Shown piece after piece: positions 47,639 to 58,569 of a stretch of DNA of 64,000 nucleotides. Position 1 is the first letter of the stretch; each line of letters starts with the position of its first letter. The stretch comes from Malacoraja senta (Eukaryota). A program made the translations under genes and the position numbers. The DNA lies in NCBI GenBank assembly GCA_038087875.1, contig CM075988.1, positions 2,542,001-2,606,000 of the forward strand, in the 5' to 3' direction. A model generated the notes under the pieces. The model searched no databases. It was not told where the DNA came from and worked only from the letters and a program-made list of their open reading frames with translations.

Positions 47639-49951
47639 GTTCGAACGACAGTGTCTCCCGGAGCTCCGGTGAAGCCATCTGAGCCACGTGAACCTGAACA
47701 GGTCGGGTCAGCGTTCAGCCCCAGTAGTGGCTGCGTTAATCGCCCAGCCGCGGGTGTGGATGTCCACTGTGGGCATCAGGGGAAAGCAAGAGACAATGTC
47801 CAAGCACCGGCTATACACTCACGGGCAGAATCTGTCCCTGTGGATCACACTGTCTGCAGTGCCACTCCACCAGTACCACCCCTCCGATCAGCGGAAAGCA
47901 GGGCGCCACCTAACCATTCCATGTCTGATACCATTACAGCCTCCAATTTCCATTCATTCCTGGCTTCGACAACCATACCGTCATCCATTGAGGATGCCTT
48001 ACCCCAACCTCCTCCTCCTCCTCCTCCCAAGCCACCTTTTCTCTGCCAGTCGCACCCATACCATTCCAAGGTGGAGTCCTTGCCGGATATGGACAACCAC
48101 TTCCACCAGAAGCACACCCACTCCAAGCCCGTCATGTACCAGTGCCGGGCTGACAGCGTCCCTCAGCACTCACCCTATCCATCCCGGTCGGAGAGCACTC
48201 CACAGCATCTGCACTACGGTTCTCGGCCTGAAAACATTTCCTCGGGCGCATCTCGGTTCAACAACTGTACCAGCCAGTCCAAGGCAGCCTCCGTTCACCT
48301 TCCCAAACATCGGCTGTCGAGGTCAGATTACGTCCCGGTGGCGAATCCTGCCATGCGGCCATTTGTGTGTCCACATTCCCAGTTTGAGGAGCCTGTATAC
48401 CCAGCCATAAGGCGGGTACATTCCCTGCACATGCCGCCATCTTCCATCAGATCGGTTCCCATTTCCAGAACTGAGGTGCCCCCGGATGATGAGCTGTACT
48501 ATTATCAGAGACCTATCTACCAGTACAAACCATGCCAGCCACCTCCACCTCAGTCAGATTACCACGTCACTCAGCTGCAGCCATACTTTGAAAATGGTCG
48601 TGTTCATTACAGGTACAGCCCTTACTCCACTTCTGGGCTGAACCTGCACGGGACGGACTGCATGTTTTATGATCTGGCAGATGCCTACGGTTCAGTCAGG
48701 CTAAGGCAATTCCATTCGTTCACCAGCCGAGATATCCCACCTTACGTCGGTAGATTTCAGGGTAAAATCTTCCCGTATCCCAACGCACCCCACTACCCCC
48801 GCAGCGGCGCACCTGCCAACGCGATGAGCCGCGAACACAGCTTTGTGAGTCGCGATGTGCCCCCGTCTCCGGATGCAAAACTGGCCCACATGGTGTGGGA
48901 CCCAGAGGAGAAGTCCCGCTTCCAGTCCATTCGGCGAGAGGTTCGAAGTCGGCAGAAGACCAGGGGGGTGGTGATGTCGCAGTACGACAACGTGTCCCCA
49001 AACTTGCAGGAGGAATTTGGTGGCCTGGAGATCCACCATTCCAGAAGTAAGTCCGATCCTGGGAAAACTGGCATGGTGACCAGCGAGGGAAAAGAGAGGT
49101 GGCATCCTGCTGCCTCAAAGACCCCAGACATTGAACCACAATACGTCCGCCACTCCCCAGACAGTGAGCTGGACAGTGGGCCATATCTCCAGCCATCAAC
49201 TCCTCACCACTTAACATTCGGAAATGGGCAGATTGAGAAGCCAGCCCTTCCTCAGAAACAGAACCCCAACAGGACCAGAAGGCAACATGAAACTGCGTAC
49301 GACCAGTCGCTGTACGATTCCTGCCAAAGGTCCACAGACTCAAAAGGGGGGCACGTGTACAACACGCACTCGGCCCTATCAGCAGGCTATGGCTCCAAGC
49401 ACAGGCCCGATCACCCGGATTCACGGACATATCCATCCGCAAGTGGCAAATATGTGCTTTCTTCTCACGAGCCTTTGCAGATGTACGAAGATCCATTTCG
49501 GACAGCAGTGGATAGGCCGGATTTAGAGAGAGTGAAAGTAAGAGGCGGTGGCGGGGACCTGCCGACCAGAGACTGCTACAGCAAGGAGGCCGAGGAGCTT
49601 GTCAAACCACTGATGTCGGGCCAAGTGGAGAGGAGTTACGGCACCAAGTATCAGCAGCATGCTGAGCCACTGGCAAGGGAACAGTCTCTCTCCTACCCAT
49701 ACCCCTGCCTCGGTCACCCAAGCAGCAAGAGGCACAGCACACTGACGGTCATGTCTCAGTACGACAACCTGGATGACTGTCACACTCTGGCTCAGCAGCA
49801 GAAACGTGGCTTGGGAGGGAGTGCCCCGTTTGTCCCTCCCAGCTACGGTCATCCCCAGGCCAGGACATTTAGCACTGCTCTGGGCCAAGGAAGCTTCTTA
49901 TCTACTGAGCTGGCATTGCAGAGGTCTGAAGCAGAACTACACGTGGAATGA
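47639..49951 (+). CDS. ARHGAP32: ARHGAP32 last coding exon, 770 aa Pro-rich C-terminal region ending ...ELALQRSEAELHVE*
   Basis: Strong acceptor tgtttttcctttttctag|GTT, phase 0, open to TGA at 49949-49951. Motifs: RSVPISRTEVPPDDE, SDYHVTQLQPYFENGRVHYRYSPY, VMSQYDN (x2), RSKSDPGKTG, ALGQG.FL. Confidence 0.96.
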   Translation, partial: VRTTVSPGAPVKPSEPREPEQVGSAFSPSSGCVNRPAAGVDVHCGHQGKARDNVQAPAIHSRAESVPVDHTVCSATPPVPPLRSAESRAPPNHSMSDTITASNFHSFLASTTIPSSIEDALPQPPPPPPPKPPFLCQSHPYHSKVESLPDMDNHFHQKHTHSKPVMYQCRADSVPQHSPYPSRSESTPQHLHYGSRPENISSGASRFNNCTSQSKAASVHLPKHRLSRSDYVPVANPAMRPFVCPHSQFEEPVYPAIRRVHSLHMPPSSIRSVPISRTEVPPDDELYYYQRPIYQYKPCQPPPPQSDYHVTQLQPYFENGRVHYRYSPYSTSGLNLHGTDCMFYDLADAYGSVRLRQFHSFTSRDIPPYVGRFQGKIFPYPNAPHYPRSGAPANAMSREHSFVSRDVPPSPDAKLAHMVWDPEEKSRFQSIRREVRSRQKTRGVVMSQYDNVSPNLQEEFGGLEIHHSRSKSDPGKTGMVTSEGKERWHPAASKTPDIEPQYVRHSPDSELDSGPYLQPSTPHHLTFGNGQIEKPALPQKQNPNRTRRQHETAYDQSLYDSCQRSTDSKGGHVYNTHSALSAGYGSKHRPDHPDSRTYPSASGKYVLSSHEPLQMYEDPFRTAVDRPDLERVKVRGGGGDLPTRDCYSKEAEELVKPLMSGQVERSYGTKYQQHAEPLAREQSLSYPYPCLGHPSSKRHSTLTVMSQYDNLDDCHTLAQQQKRGLGGSAPFVPPSYGHPQARTFSTALGQGSFLSTELALQRSEAELHVE

Positions 49952-50340
49952 GCAGAAATTTTACTCTCTACAGTCTCTGCTGGGCAGTGGACTTTTATTT
50001 TTCAAAAGATAACCCGAGTACTGTTTTTAAATGCAAAATATGTCGAATATTGGGCCTTGTGTGTTGTGTATTTTGAGCACATGTATGAAATGTGAGATTG
50101 CATTTTGTGCCCTTGGTGAATGACTTGCAGCTTAGTGTTTAGTCTTGTCAAGACTCTGCACGAGGATCAACAGTTAAAGGGATTATCGTCCTAAATTCCT
50201 TCTGATGAGAAACATTATTGTTCAGTGGAGCTGCTGAGGAGGTTGTTAAATCCCTGTCTCAATCAAATCCCCATCTCACACACACTATATTTCCTCTATA
50301 GGACTGGCTCTGTCTCAGTTCCCCCCCCCTCCCCCAACCC

Positions 50341-50433
50341 ACAGACGCACACACACACATGCACAAACACACACGCACAAACACACACACACACACACAC
50401 ACGCACAAACACACACACACACACACACACACA
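50341..50433 (+). repeat. Imperfect (CA)n microsatellite in 3'UTR
   Basis: Directly visible. Confidence 0.95.
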
Positions 50434-51628
50434 CTTGCTCATGTTGCAGGTCTGCCTCGGTTGTGTCTACACCTCATCATCTCTCAACTGCATGCCTCGG
50501 GGGTTGAATAACTATGATCTGGAAGATTTTCTTCATCTGTGTAAGCAAACCAGGCTCAGAAAATTAGTTCCTTTATAGTTTGAAATTGGTTTGTTAGAAA
50601 TACAGAGCCAGTCCTCCACTTGAGTTTCTAACTGAGCATCAGTGGTGACAAATCACCACACAATATGCCATCTGGCTAATGCACAGTGCCTCAGTGCCAG
50701 TGTTATCCAGAGGATGTTCATGCTTGAGGGTTAGTAAATTCAGCCAATCTTAGATATATCTTTTAGAACCCATTATGCTTCTAAGTAGGTACTCATGTAC
50801 TGTTGCAGGGGTTGTAGCAAACGGGTTGTGCATTTAATTGGCTATATCAAGGTTTAACCACTGCCATGTCCAGGTTCGAGTCCTGGGTGTGTTTAGTCCA
50901 GATCGACAGTGCAGCTGTGCGGGGTTACGGCCAGCACTCTGCACCATTCCTGCACAGTCAGAGATGGCTTTGAGAAGGGGTCAGTGAAAGTGAATGGTGC
51001 ACCATCACAGACCTCGGCAGCAAGGGTCCTGTGTAAAGAGATTGTCCTTTTGAGGTAGATTAAACGGCAGGTCTGGTGTCCATGTGAGTTGCTGGGCCCA
51101 GCATGAGAATGTTTGCAGACAGATGTAATACTGTTTCAACTAGTAATAGAAAGTGGTGGAAATACTCTGCTGAGGAGGAACTTAACATCACAGAATTTTC
51201 ATCAGAGCAGAAGATGAGCAAGCTTTAAACAAGGTCAGAGCTTGGAGTTGGGAATAAGTAGATGTGTGGAACAGTGGGCAGAAATATAATGTTGTAGGTG
51301 GTGTGAGCGAAGGTGGGGGGTATGGGAAATGAGTTGACGAAAGGGACAGTGGTCTAAGGTGCAATGGGATGTTGTTGGAACAGACACGGAACAAGCAGTT
51401 CAGAAGAGGTGTCAATGTCGGGGAGGCTTGCCATGGCTCGGGAATGTGGTGGGGAAAGGTAGGTAGATTCTGGGGGTGCAGATCAGCATATCACCATGTA
51501 TTAAACTGGGGGCTCCACCTAAGCACCAGCCCACACTCAGTGTAGCCATCCTCTATTGACTGTAGAGATGTCAACCAAATCTATTGCATCGGTGTTGATG
51601 TAGTTATAACACCTGCTGGCGAATGGAT

Positions 51629-51634
51629 AATAAA
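51629..51634 (+). promoter_or_regulatory. Candidate polyadenylation signal AATAAA
   Basis: Canonical hexamer ~1.7 kb downstream of the stop codon; no transcript evidence. Confidence 0.3.
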
Positions 51635-53064
51635 AATAGCCAGAGAGTTATGTTCTTAGTGGAGAGGTTAACAGTTTAACCAAATGTGTAAGTTTAAAGA
51701 TGGTGAGATACCCAAGTAAACTAGTTGAACCGCTGGGAGTGGTTGTTGGAATGTTCAGCCAGCAAGGCAGCAGGAAGCAAGGCTGCACAAGGTGGATGTG
51801 TGCGGGGAACATGTCCTGGTAATTGGATCACTTCATCCAACCCCTACTAAACTATGCACACACAGTAGGTAGACTGAAGCAAAACCCCTTCTGCAGCTCA
51901 GTTCTGCACAGTTTAGCCGTGTGTGTGTGCTCTTGTGCATGATCTCTAGGTTTCTTCCATCAAATGCTAAACTATTTTGATTGTGCATTATTTTCAGTGA
52001 TTAGGACACTACTGTGACAAAACAAAGTGAAAACAAACTGAGAGGTTTGGAAATGTCCAGTGGATCTGACAGACTATGAGTGCAGGGTGCGTTTCAGATG
52101 CCACGACATGAACCTGGATATCAGGTGCACTGCATTTCCAACATTTTCAAATGTTACTTTAGATTACCAATTATCTTTCAGCCAGGGATTAAGCCCTCTC
52201 TATAACTAAGATTCTTAACAGACAGGAATAATGATTTATCCTCAGTAATAATTACTTGCTGTGATATCGCCTGTAAACTTAGCCATCACTTCTCAATCAG
52301 CAAGCTTGTTTAGCTTCCTGCAACGTGCTCCATATAACATAGTGTAAAATGGGCTCTGACTCCCTTCAAGTTATCATTAAATGCATTGTCAGTCGTAATA
52401 TATGAAGGGGTCAGTGTTGCTGCAGCTCCAGATAGAGCTAGCTATTGTGTCACCTGTGGTAAGAGCATGAAGTGTATGTTTCACCCAGTGCCTGAAAAAA
52501 CAAGTCAAGGTCATTTGTACTTGTGCTAATGAGACATAATGTTTGAGAAACACATCAGTGGTTTTCTTTAAGAGAAATATAATAGCCCAAGTTTGCAACA
52601 CATCCGAATTCCTGATGAATCCACTACTGGGAAACCTGTCACCTGGAAATTAATTGCTACCTGTCATTCATCTCTATTTTCTGTGTCTTTTTGAGTTTGT
52701 CTTGGTGTAAAGAGTGATAAGCAAAGCTGGTGTAATGAAGTGTAAATACTGGATCTGTTTGTGAGTCCTGTACATACTGAACATTTCCCCACTGCTGGCT
52801 GCTGCCAATTGTGTATTGGAACAAGAGGTGATTTTTCTTTTCTGTTCTTTTGTACTGAATACTGATGAAGCTGGACTTGCACAATTCAGCAGAATTGCAT
52901 TGTTCCACCACACAGGATCTCAGCATTACATAAAAAAGGCAACATCAACTAAAAACATCTCAGATGTGGTTTTCTTGTGGTTTAATGTTGAAATCTTAAG
53001 ACCATTAAGGGATTTGCAAAGCGATCTGCACAAAATTCAACCATAATTTCCACATATTATATGA

Positions 53065-53352
53065 GGCGTCATGGTGGCACAGTGGTAGAGTTGCTGCCTT
53101 ACAACGCCAGAGACCCGGATCCGATCCTGACTATGGGTGCTGTCTGTACGCAGTTTGTACGTTCTCCCTGTGACCGCGTGAGCTTTTTCAGGGTCCTCTG
53201 GTTTCCTCCCACTTTCCAAAGGTTTGTAGGTTAATTGACTGGTAGTAAATTGTCCATAGTGTGTAGGTTAGTGCTAGTATATGGGGATTGCTGGGCGGTG
53301 CGGACCCGATGGACTGAAGGGCCTGTTTGCACGCTGTATCTCTAAACTAAGC
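53065..53352 (+). mobile_element. tRNA-derived SINE
   Basis: Full-length family copy; followed by a minus-strand pLTR fragment at ~53360-53446. Confidence 0.88.
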
Positions 53353-54313
53353 TGAACGAAAGATAAACACAAAATGCTGGAGTAACTCAGCAGGACAGGC
53401 AGCATCTCTGGAGGGTGTCATTTCGAGTCAAGACTCTTCTTCAGACTTCAGTTCCTTCCTAAACTAAACATCTCTTGCTTCTACCCTGAACTGCATCCAA
53501 CAACAGAATGCATATGGTTCCCAAGCACAGGTACACTTGCCATCCAGAGACCAACACCTGGTACATTGGCTCTGCATTATGTGTTGCATTCATTGGTGAC
53601 CACCTGCAGTGTAATTTCCCCAAGGTAATGTCGAGCAAGCATTGGAGACACATTCCAAACTTCTCATCCAGGGAGTTACATTTAAAAAAAATTACATGGA
53701 TGGTATAAATTGTATTTGTGCACATTTTCTGGAATTTCCACACATAAATAAGTGGGGGACTCTGCAGAAATCTGGAAGGTCTCCCAGATGCGGTAATACA
53801 CGATTTGATCTTCCCAGGATACCTGATTCAGGTTTGTGAAGCTGTGGTTTCTCTATCACCAGTGGCTTTAAACCATTTAGAGGCAACATATCCACGTCAC
53901 TCTCTGTGAAAGGTTCGTCACAATCTACTCGCACCTGAACCTGTAGACTCCTCGCACAACCTGTCTACACCACACACCTCAACCTGTGTCTACTCGCACC
54001 TCAGCCTGTAGGCTGCCACATCTAAATCTGTGACTGCTCACACCTGAATTAGTTGCTAATTTATTGTTCAAGCCTAAACTTCTTAGTGACTGCTGATCAC
54101 CACTGAACTGTTCATCGACCTGTCACCATCTTTGTGCAATAACCAGTTAATGTCCAGAGAATTCATCATCTTGGATTCTGCGTCCCAAGTTCCTCTTCCA
54201 TTTTTAAAAATATAAATAACCATTTCTCCTTTAGAAGGTAGACACAAATGCTACAAAAACTCAGCGGGTGAGGCAGCATCTATGGAGCGAAGGAAATAGG
54301 CAACATTTCGGGT

Positions 54314-57300
54314 CATAGATACATAGAAAATAGGTGCAGGAGTAGGCCATTCGGCCCTTCGAGCCTGCACCGCCATTCAATATGATCATGGCTGATCATC
54401 CAACTCAGTATCCCGTACCTGCCTTCTCTCCATACCCCCTGATCCCTTTAGCCACAAGGGCCACATCTAACTCCCTCTTAAATATAGCCAATGAACTGGC
54501 CTCAACTACCCTCTGTGGCAGAGAGTTCCAGAGATTCACCACTCTCTGTGTGAAAAGGTTTTTCCTCATCTCGGTCTTAAAGGATTTCCCCCTTATCCTT
54601 AAGCTGTGACCCCTTGTCCTGGACTTCCCCAACATCGGGAACAATCTTCCTGCATCTAGCCTGTCCAACCCCATAAGAATTTTGTACATTTCTATAAGAT
54701 CACCTCTCAATCTCCTAAATTCTAGCGAGTATAAGCCAAGTCTATCCAGTCTTTCTTCATATGAAAGTCCTGACATCCCAGGAATCAGTCTGGTGAACCT
54801 TCTCTGCACTCCCTCTATGGCTATAATGTCCTTCCTCAGATTTGGAGACCAAAACTGTACGCAATACTCCAGGTGTGGTCTCACCAAGACGCTGTACAAC
54901 TGCAGTAGAACCTCCCTGCTCCTATACTCAAATCCTCTTGCTATGAAGGCCAACATACCATTCGCTTTCTTCACTGCCTGCTGCACCTGCATGCCTACTT
55001 TCAATGACTGGTGTACCATGACACCCAGGTCTCGCTGCATCTCCCCATTTCCTAATCGGCCACCATTTAGATAATAGTCTGCCTTCCCGTTTTTGCCACC
55101 AAAGTGGATAACCTCACATTTATCCACATTATACTGCATCTGCCAAACATTTGCCCACTCACCCAGCCTATCCAAGTCACCTTGCAGTCTCCTAGCATCC
55201 TCCTCACAGCTAACACTGCCCCCCAGCTTAGTGTCATCCGCAAACTTGGAGATGTTGCTTTCAATTCCCTCGTCCAGATCATTAATATAAATTGTAAATA
55301 GCTGGGGTCCCAGCACTGAGCCTTGCGGTACCCCACTAGTCACTGCCTGCCATTGTGAAAATGACCCGTTTACTCCTACTCTTTGCTTCCTGTTTGCCAG
55401 CCAGTTCTCTATCCACATCAATACTGAACCCCCAATACCGTGTGATTTAAGTTTGTATCCTAATCTCTTATGTGGTACCTTGTCGAAAGCCTTCTGAAAG
55501 TCCAGATACAACACATCCACTGGTTCTCCCCTATCCACTCTACTAGTTACATCCTCGAAAAATTCTATAAGATTCGTCAGACACGATTTACCTTTCGTAA
55601 ATCCATGCTGACTTTGTCCAATGATTTCACCACTTTCCAAATGTGCTGCTATCCCATCTTTAATAACTGACTCTAGCAGTTTCCCCACTACCGATGTTAG
55701 ACTAACTGGTCTGTAATTCCCCGTTTTCTCTCTCCCTCCCTTCTTAAAAAGTGGGGTTACGTTTGCTACCCTCCAATCCTCAGGAACTACTCCAGAATCT
55801 AAAGAGTTTTGAAAAATTATCACTAATGCATCCACTATTTCTGGAGCTACTTCCTTAAGTACTCTGGGATGCAGCCTATCTGGCCCTGGTGATTTATCGG
55901 CCTTTAATCCATTTAATTTACCCAACACCACTTCCCGACTAACCTGGATTTCACTCAGTTCCTCCATCTCCTTTGACCCGCGGCCCCCTGCTATTTCCGG
56001 CAGATTATTTATGTCTTCCTTAGTGAAGACGGAACCAAAGTAGTTATTCAATTGGTCCACCATATCCTTGTTCCCCATGATCAATTCACCTGTTTCTGAC
56101 TGCAAGGGACCTACATTTGTTTTAACTAATCTCTTTCTCTTCACATATCTATAAAAACTTTTGCAGTCAGTTTTTATGTTCCCTGCCAGTTTCCTTTCAT
56201 AATCTATTTTCCCTTTCCTAATTAAGCCCTTTGTCCTCCTCTGCTGGTCTCTGAATTTCTCCCAGTCCTCTGGTATGCTGCTTTTTCTGGCTAATTTGTA
56301 CGCATCATCTTTTGCTTTGATACTATCCCTGATTTCCCTTGTTATCCACGGATGCACTACCTTCCCTGATTTATTCTTTTGCCAAACTGGGATGAACAAT
56401 TTTTGTAGTTCATCCATGCAGTCTTTAAATGCCTTCCATTGCATATCCACCTTCAACCCTTTTAGAACTAATTGCCAGTCAATCTTGGCCAATTCACGTC
56501 TCATACCCTCAAAGTTACCTTTCTTTAAGTTCAGAACCGTTGTTTCTGAATTAACAATGTCACTCTCCATCCTAATGAAGAACTCAACCATATTATGGTC
56601 ACTCTTGCCCAAGGGGGCACGCACAACAAGTCTGCTAACTAACCCTTCCTCATTACTCAATACCCAGTCTAGAATAGCCTGCTCTCTCGTTGGTTCCTCT
56701 ACATGTTGGTTTAGATAACTATCCCTCATACATTCCAAGAAATCCTCTTCCTCAGCACCCCTGCCAATTTGATTCACCCAATCTATATGTAGATTGAAGT
56801 CACCCATTATAACTGTTTTGCCTTTGTTGCACGCATTTCTAATTTCCTGTTTGATGCCATCCCCAACTTCACTACTACTGCTAGGTGGCCTGTACACAAC
56901 ACCCACCAGCGTTTTCTGCCCCTTAGTGTTTCGCAGCTCTACCCATACCGATTCCACATCCTCCAAGCTAATGTCCTTCCTTTCCACTGCGTTAATCTCC
57001 TCTCTAACCAGCAACGCTACCCCACCTCCTTTTCCTTTCTCTCTATCCCTCCTGAAAATTGAACATCCCTGGATGTTCAGCTCCCAGCCTTGGTCACCCT
57101 GGAGCCATGTCTCCGTGATCCCAACTATATCATAATCATTAATTGCTATCTGCACGTTCAACTCATCCACCTTATTACGAATGCTCCTTGCATTGAGACA
57201 CAAAGCCTTCAGGCTTGTTTTTACAACGCTCTTACCCCTTATACAATTATGTTGAAAAGTGGCTCTTTTTGATTTTTGCCGTGGATTTGTCTGCCTGCCA

Positions 57301-57514
57301 CTTTTACTTTTCACCTTGCTACCTATTGCTTCCGCCTGCATTTTACACCCCTCTGTTTCTCTGCTCACCCATTTAAGAACCCCACCACCTCTTATTCTCT
57401 GTTTATTATTGTTTTCTTCTTTCCCCCCTACATGTTGGGTCTGAGTGCTTTCCTTCTCTGCCTCCTGCCTCACACACTGTCTAATAGCATTCTCTATTTG
57501 AGTCCCTCAACCCC
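54314..57514 (-). mobile_element. Young CR1 LINE with intact ORF2, ORF1 missing
   Basis: Tail at ~54314-54330, 3'UTR, uninterrupted ORF2; the 5' end abuts the rest of a split hammerhead unit. Confidence 0.96.
54405..57341 (-). CDS. CR1 ORF2: APE endonuclease + reverse transcriptase (978 aa from first ATG)
   Basis: EN motifs LNARS, GITETW, VYRPP, MGDFN, LDWVL, SDH; RT motifs [30 protein letters not shown]. No stops or frameshifts in ORF-track frame 54405..57473. Confidence 0.93.
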   Translation of the reverse strand: MQAEAIGSKVKSKSGRQTNPRQKSKRATFQHNCIRGKSVVKTSLKALCLNARSIRNKVDELNVQIAINDYDIVGITETWLQGDQGWELNIQGCSIFRRDREKGKGGGVALLVREEINAVERKDISLEDVESVWVELRNTKGQKTLVGVVYRPPSSSSEVGDGIKQEIRNACNKGKTVIMGDFNLHIDWVNQIGRGAEEEDFLECMRDSYLNQHVEEPTREQAILDWVLSNEEGLVSRLVVRAPLGKSDHNMVEFFIRMESDIVNSETTVLNLKKGNFEGMRRELAKIDWQLVLKGLKVDMQWKAFKDCMDELQKLFIPVWQKNKSGKVVHPWITREIRDSIKAKDDAYKLARKSSIPEDWEKFRDQQRRTKGLIRKGKIDYERKLAGNIKTDCKSFYRYVKRKRLVKTNVGPLQSETGELIMGNKDMVDQLNNYFGSVFTKEDINNLPEIAGGRGSKEMEELSEIQVSREVVLGKLNGLKADKSPGPDRLHPRVLKEVAPEIVDALVIIFQNSLDSGVVPEDWRVANVTPLFKKGGREKTGNYRPVSLTSVVGKLLESVIKDGIAAHLESGEIIGQSQHGFTKGKSCLTNLIEFFEDVTSRVDRGEPVDVLYLDFQKAFDKVPHKRLGYKLKSHGIGGSVLMWIENWLANRKQRVGVNGSFSQWQAVTSGVPQGSVLGPQLFTIYINDLDEGIESNISKFADDTKLGGSVSCEEDARRLQGDLDRLGEWANVWQMQYNVDKCEVIHFGGKNGKADYYLNGGRLGNGEMQRDLGVMVHQSLKVGMQVQQAVKKANGMLAFIARGFEYRSREVLLQLYSVLVRPHLEYCVQFWSPNLRKDIIAIEGVQRRFTRLIPGMSGLSYEERLDRLGLYSLEFRRLRGDLIEMYKILMGLDRLDAGRLFPMLGKSRTRGHSLRIRGKSFKTEMRKNLFTQRVVNLWNSLPQRVVEASSLAIFKRELDVALVAKGIRGYGEKAGTGY

Positions 57515-58569
57515 AACCCTTCTTCAAAACATTTCTCCTTTAGAGGCAACTTTGACCAAAATAACTTGGTGTCGGTGGTAAAACCTGCTGCACTTGCAAG
57601 AACATAAGGACAGTGTTGAACAATTATCAAGTACATAAACACTGAAGAAGATAGCCCTCAATGCTACAGTGTTTATGTACATTGATCCATCTCGGATCAG
57701 CAATCTAAATTTTATTGGCTGAATACAGGAGTCGCGAAGCTTGCGCCAGTCATTTAGGGTCCTGAGAAGACCACGCCGAGGATATAGGTCAGATTCATCA
57801 CCAAAGGGACATGGTCACAGTGATGGAGAGTGTGCTGCAAGAGGTCTCCTGGTTGACTCCTGGGATGGTGGGTTTGCTTGAAGAGAGATTGCACCTACAC
57901 TATAACAAGAATGAGAAGTGATTTAGTTACAGTTTCAAAGAAAGTGTTGGTCATTAGAATTCAAGATGAGGAAAAATCTAATGCGTGAAGAAGGTCAAGA
58001 ATCTTGGATCCTCTCTTGTGTCCTCTGGCATAGGAGGCAATTCAGCCCATTGAGTATCTGCTAGCTCTGGGTAATCCCATTCCCCCACAATCTATTGACT
58101 CTTGTATGCCGTTCAATTGATTGTGATCCCACACATCTAAGTTTGGGGTAAATTAAAATGGGTAATTAATCTAGCAGGCAGCCTGCCTTTGGAATGTGGA
58201 GGGAAGCTGGAATACCCAGTGAAACCGGCACAGTCACAGGAAGAATGTATAAACTCCACACACACAGTGCCGGAGGTCGGGATTGAACACAGATTGCTGG
58301 AGCAGTAAAGCAGCACCTGATGTCTCACATGGCTGCGCTGTTGTGCCAGTTCACTAGCCAAGAGGGCCATGGAGACTCACATCTGGCATGTCCAAGTCAC
58401 GACTGGTGTTAGAGCAGGTAAATGGCACTAACCATGACCTTAGTTAATTGTAGAAGAAGGGAAATGAGTAAAACGGAGAGAAGCTGGGGAAGGAGTGGAG
58501 AGGAGAGAAAAGTGAGAGGATTGAGAGAAAGGAGACAGGTGTCCAGTTACGAAAGGTGTCCAGGGCCAG

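Larger units (their letters stand above)
49952..53000 (+). other. ARHGAP32: ARHGAP32 3'UTR (3' end uncertain)
   Basis: Follows the stop codon and is free of young TE copies up to ~53060. Candidate signals are AATAAA 51629-51634 and ATTAAA 52376-52381; the true end cannot be determined from sequence alone. Confidence 0.55.

Noticed and set aside
47688..49496. Long overlapping ORFs 47688..48410 (+, 240 aa) and 48720..49496 (-, 258 aa)
   Set aside because: Shadow frames of a GC-rich coding exon, with no recognisable domain or independent signals.
1464..49951. Assignment to paralogues ARHGAP33, ARHGAP30 or ARHGAP31
   Set aside because: The C-terminal motifs (LALALAESAQQA, SDYHVTQLQPYFENGRVHYRYSPY, RSKSDPGKTG, terminal ALGQG.FL..EL) follow ARHGAP32 collinearly as I recall it.
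4346..57135. Recurrent hydrophobic ORFs such as MKKFFLISVL..., MIMADHPTQYPVPAF... and MLLFLANLYASS...
   Set aside because: Antisense frames of CR1 ORF2; they recur only because the LINE recurs.
57342..57473. N-terminal 44 aa of the 1022-aa ORF
   Set aside because: Starts at GTG in the presumed inter-ORF region; the first ATG is at 57341, so the extension is probably not translated.
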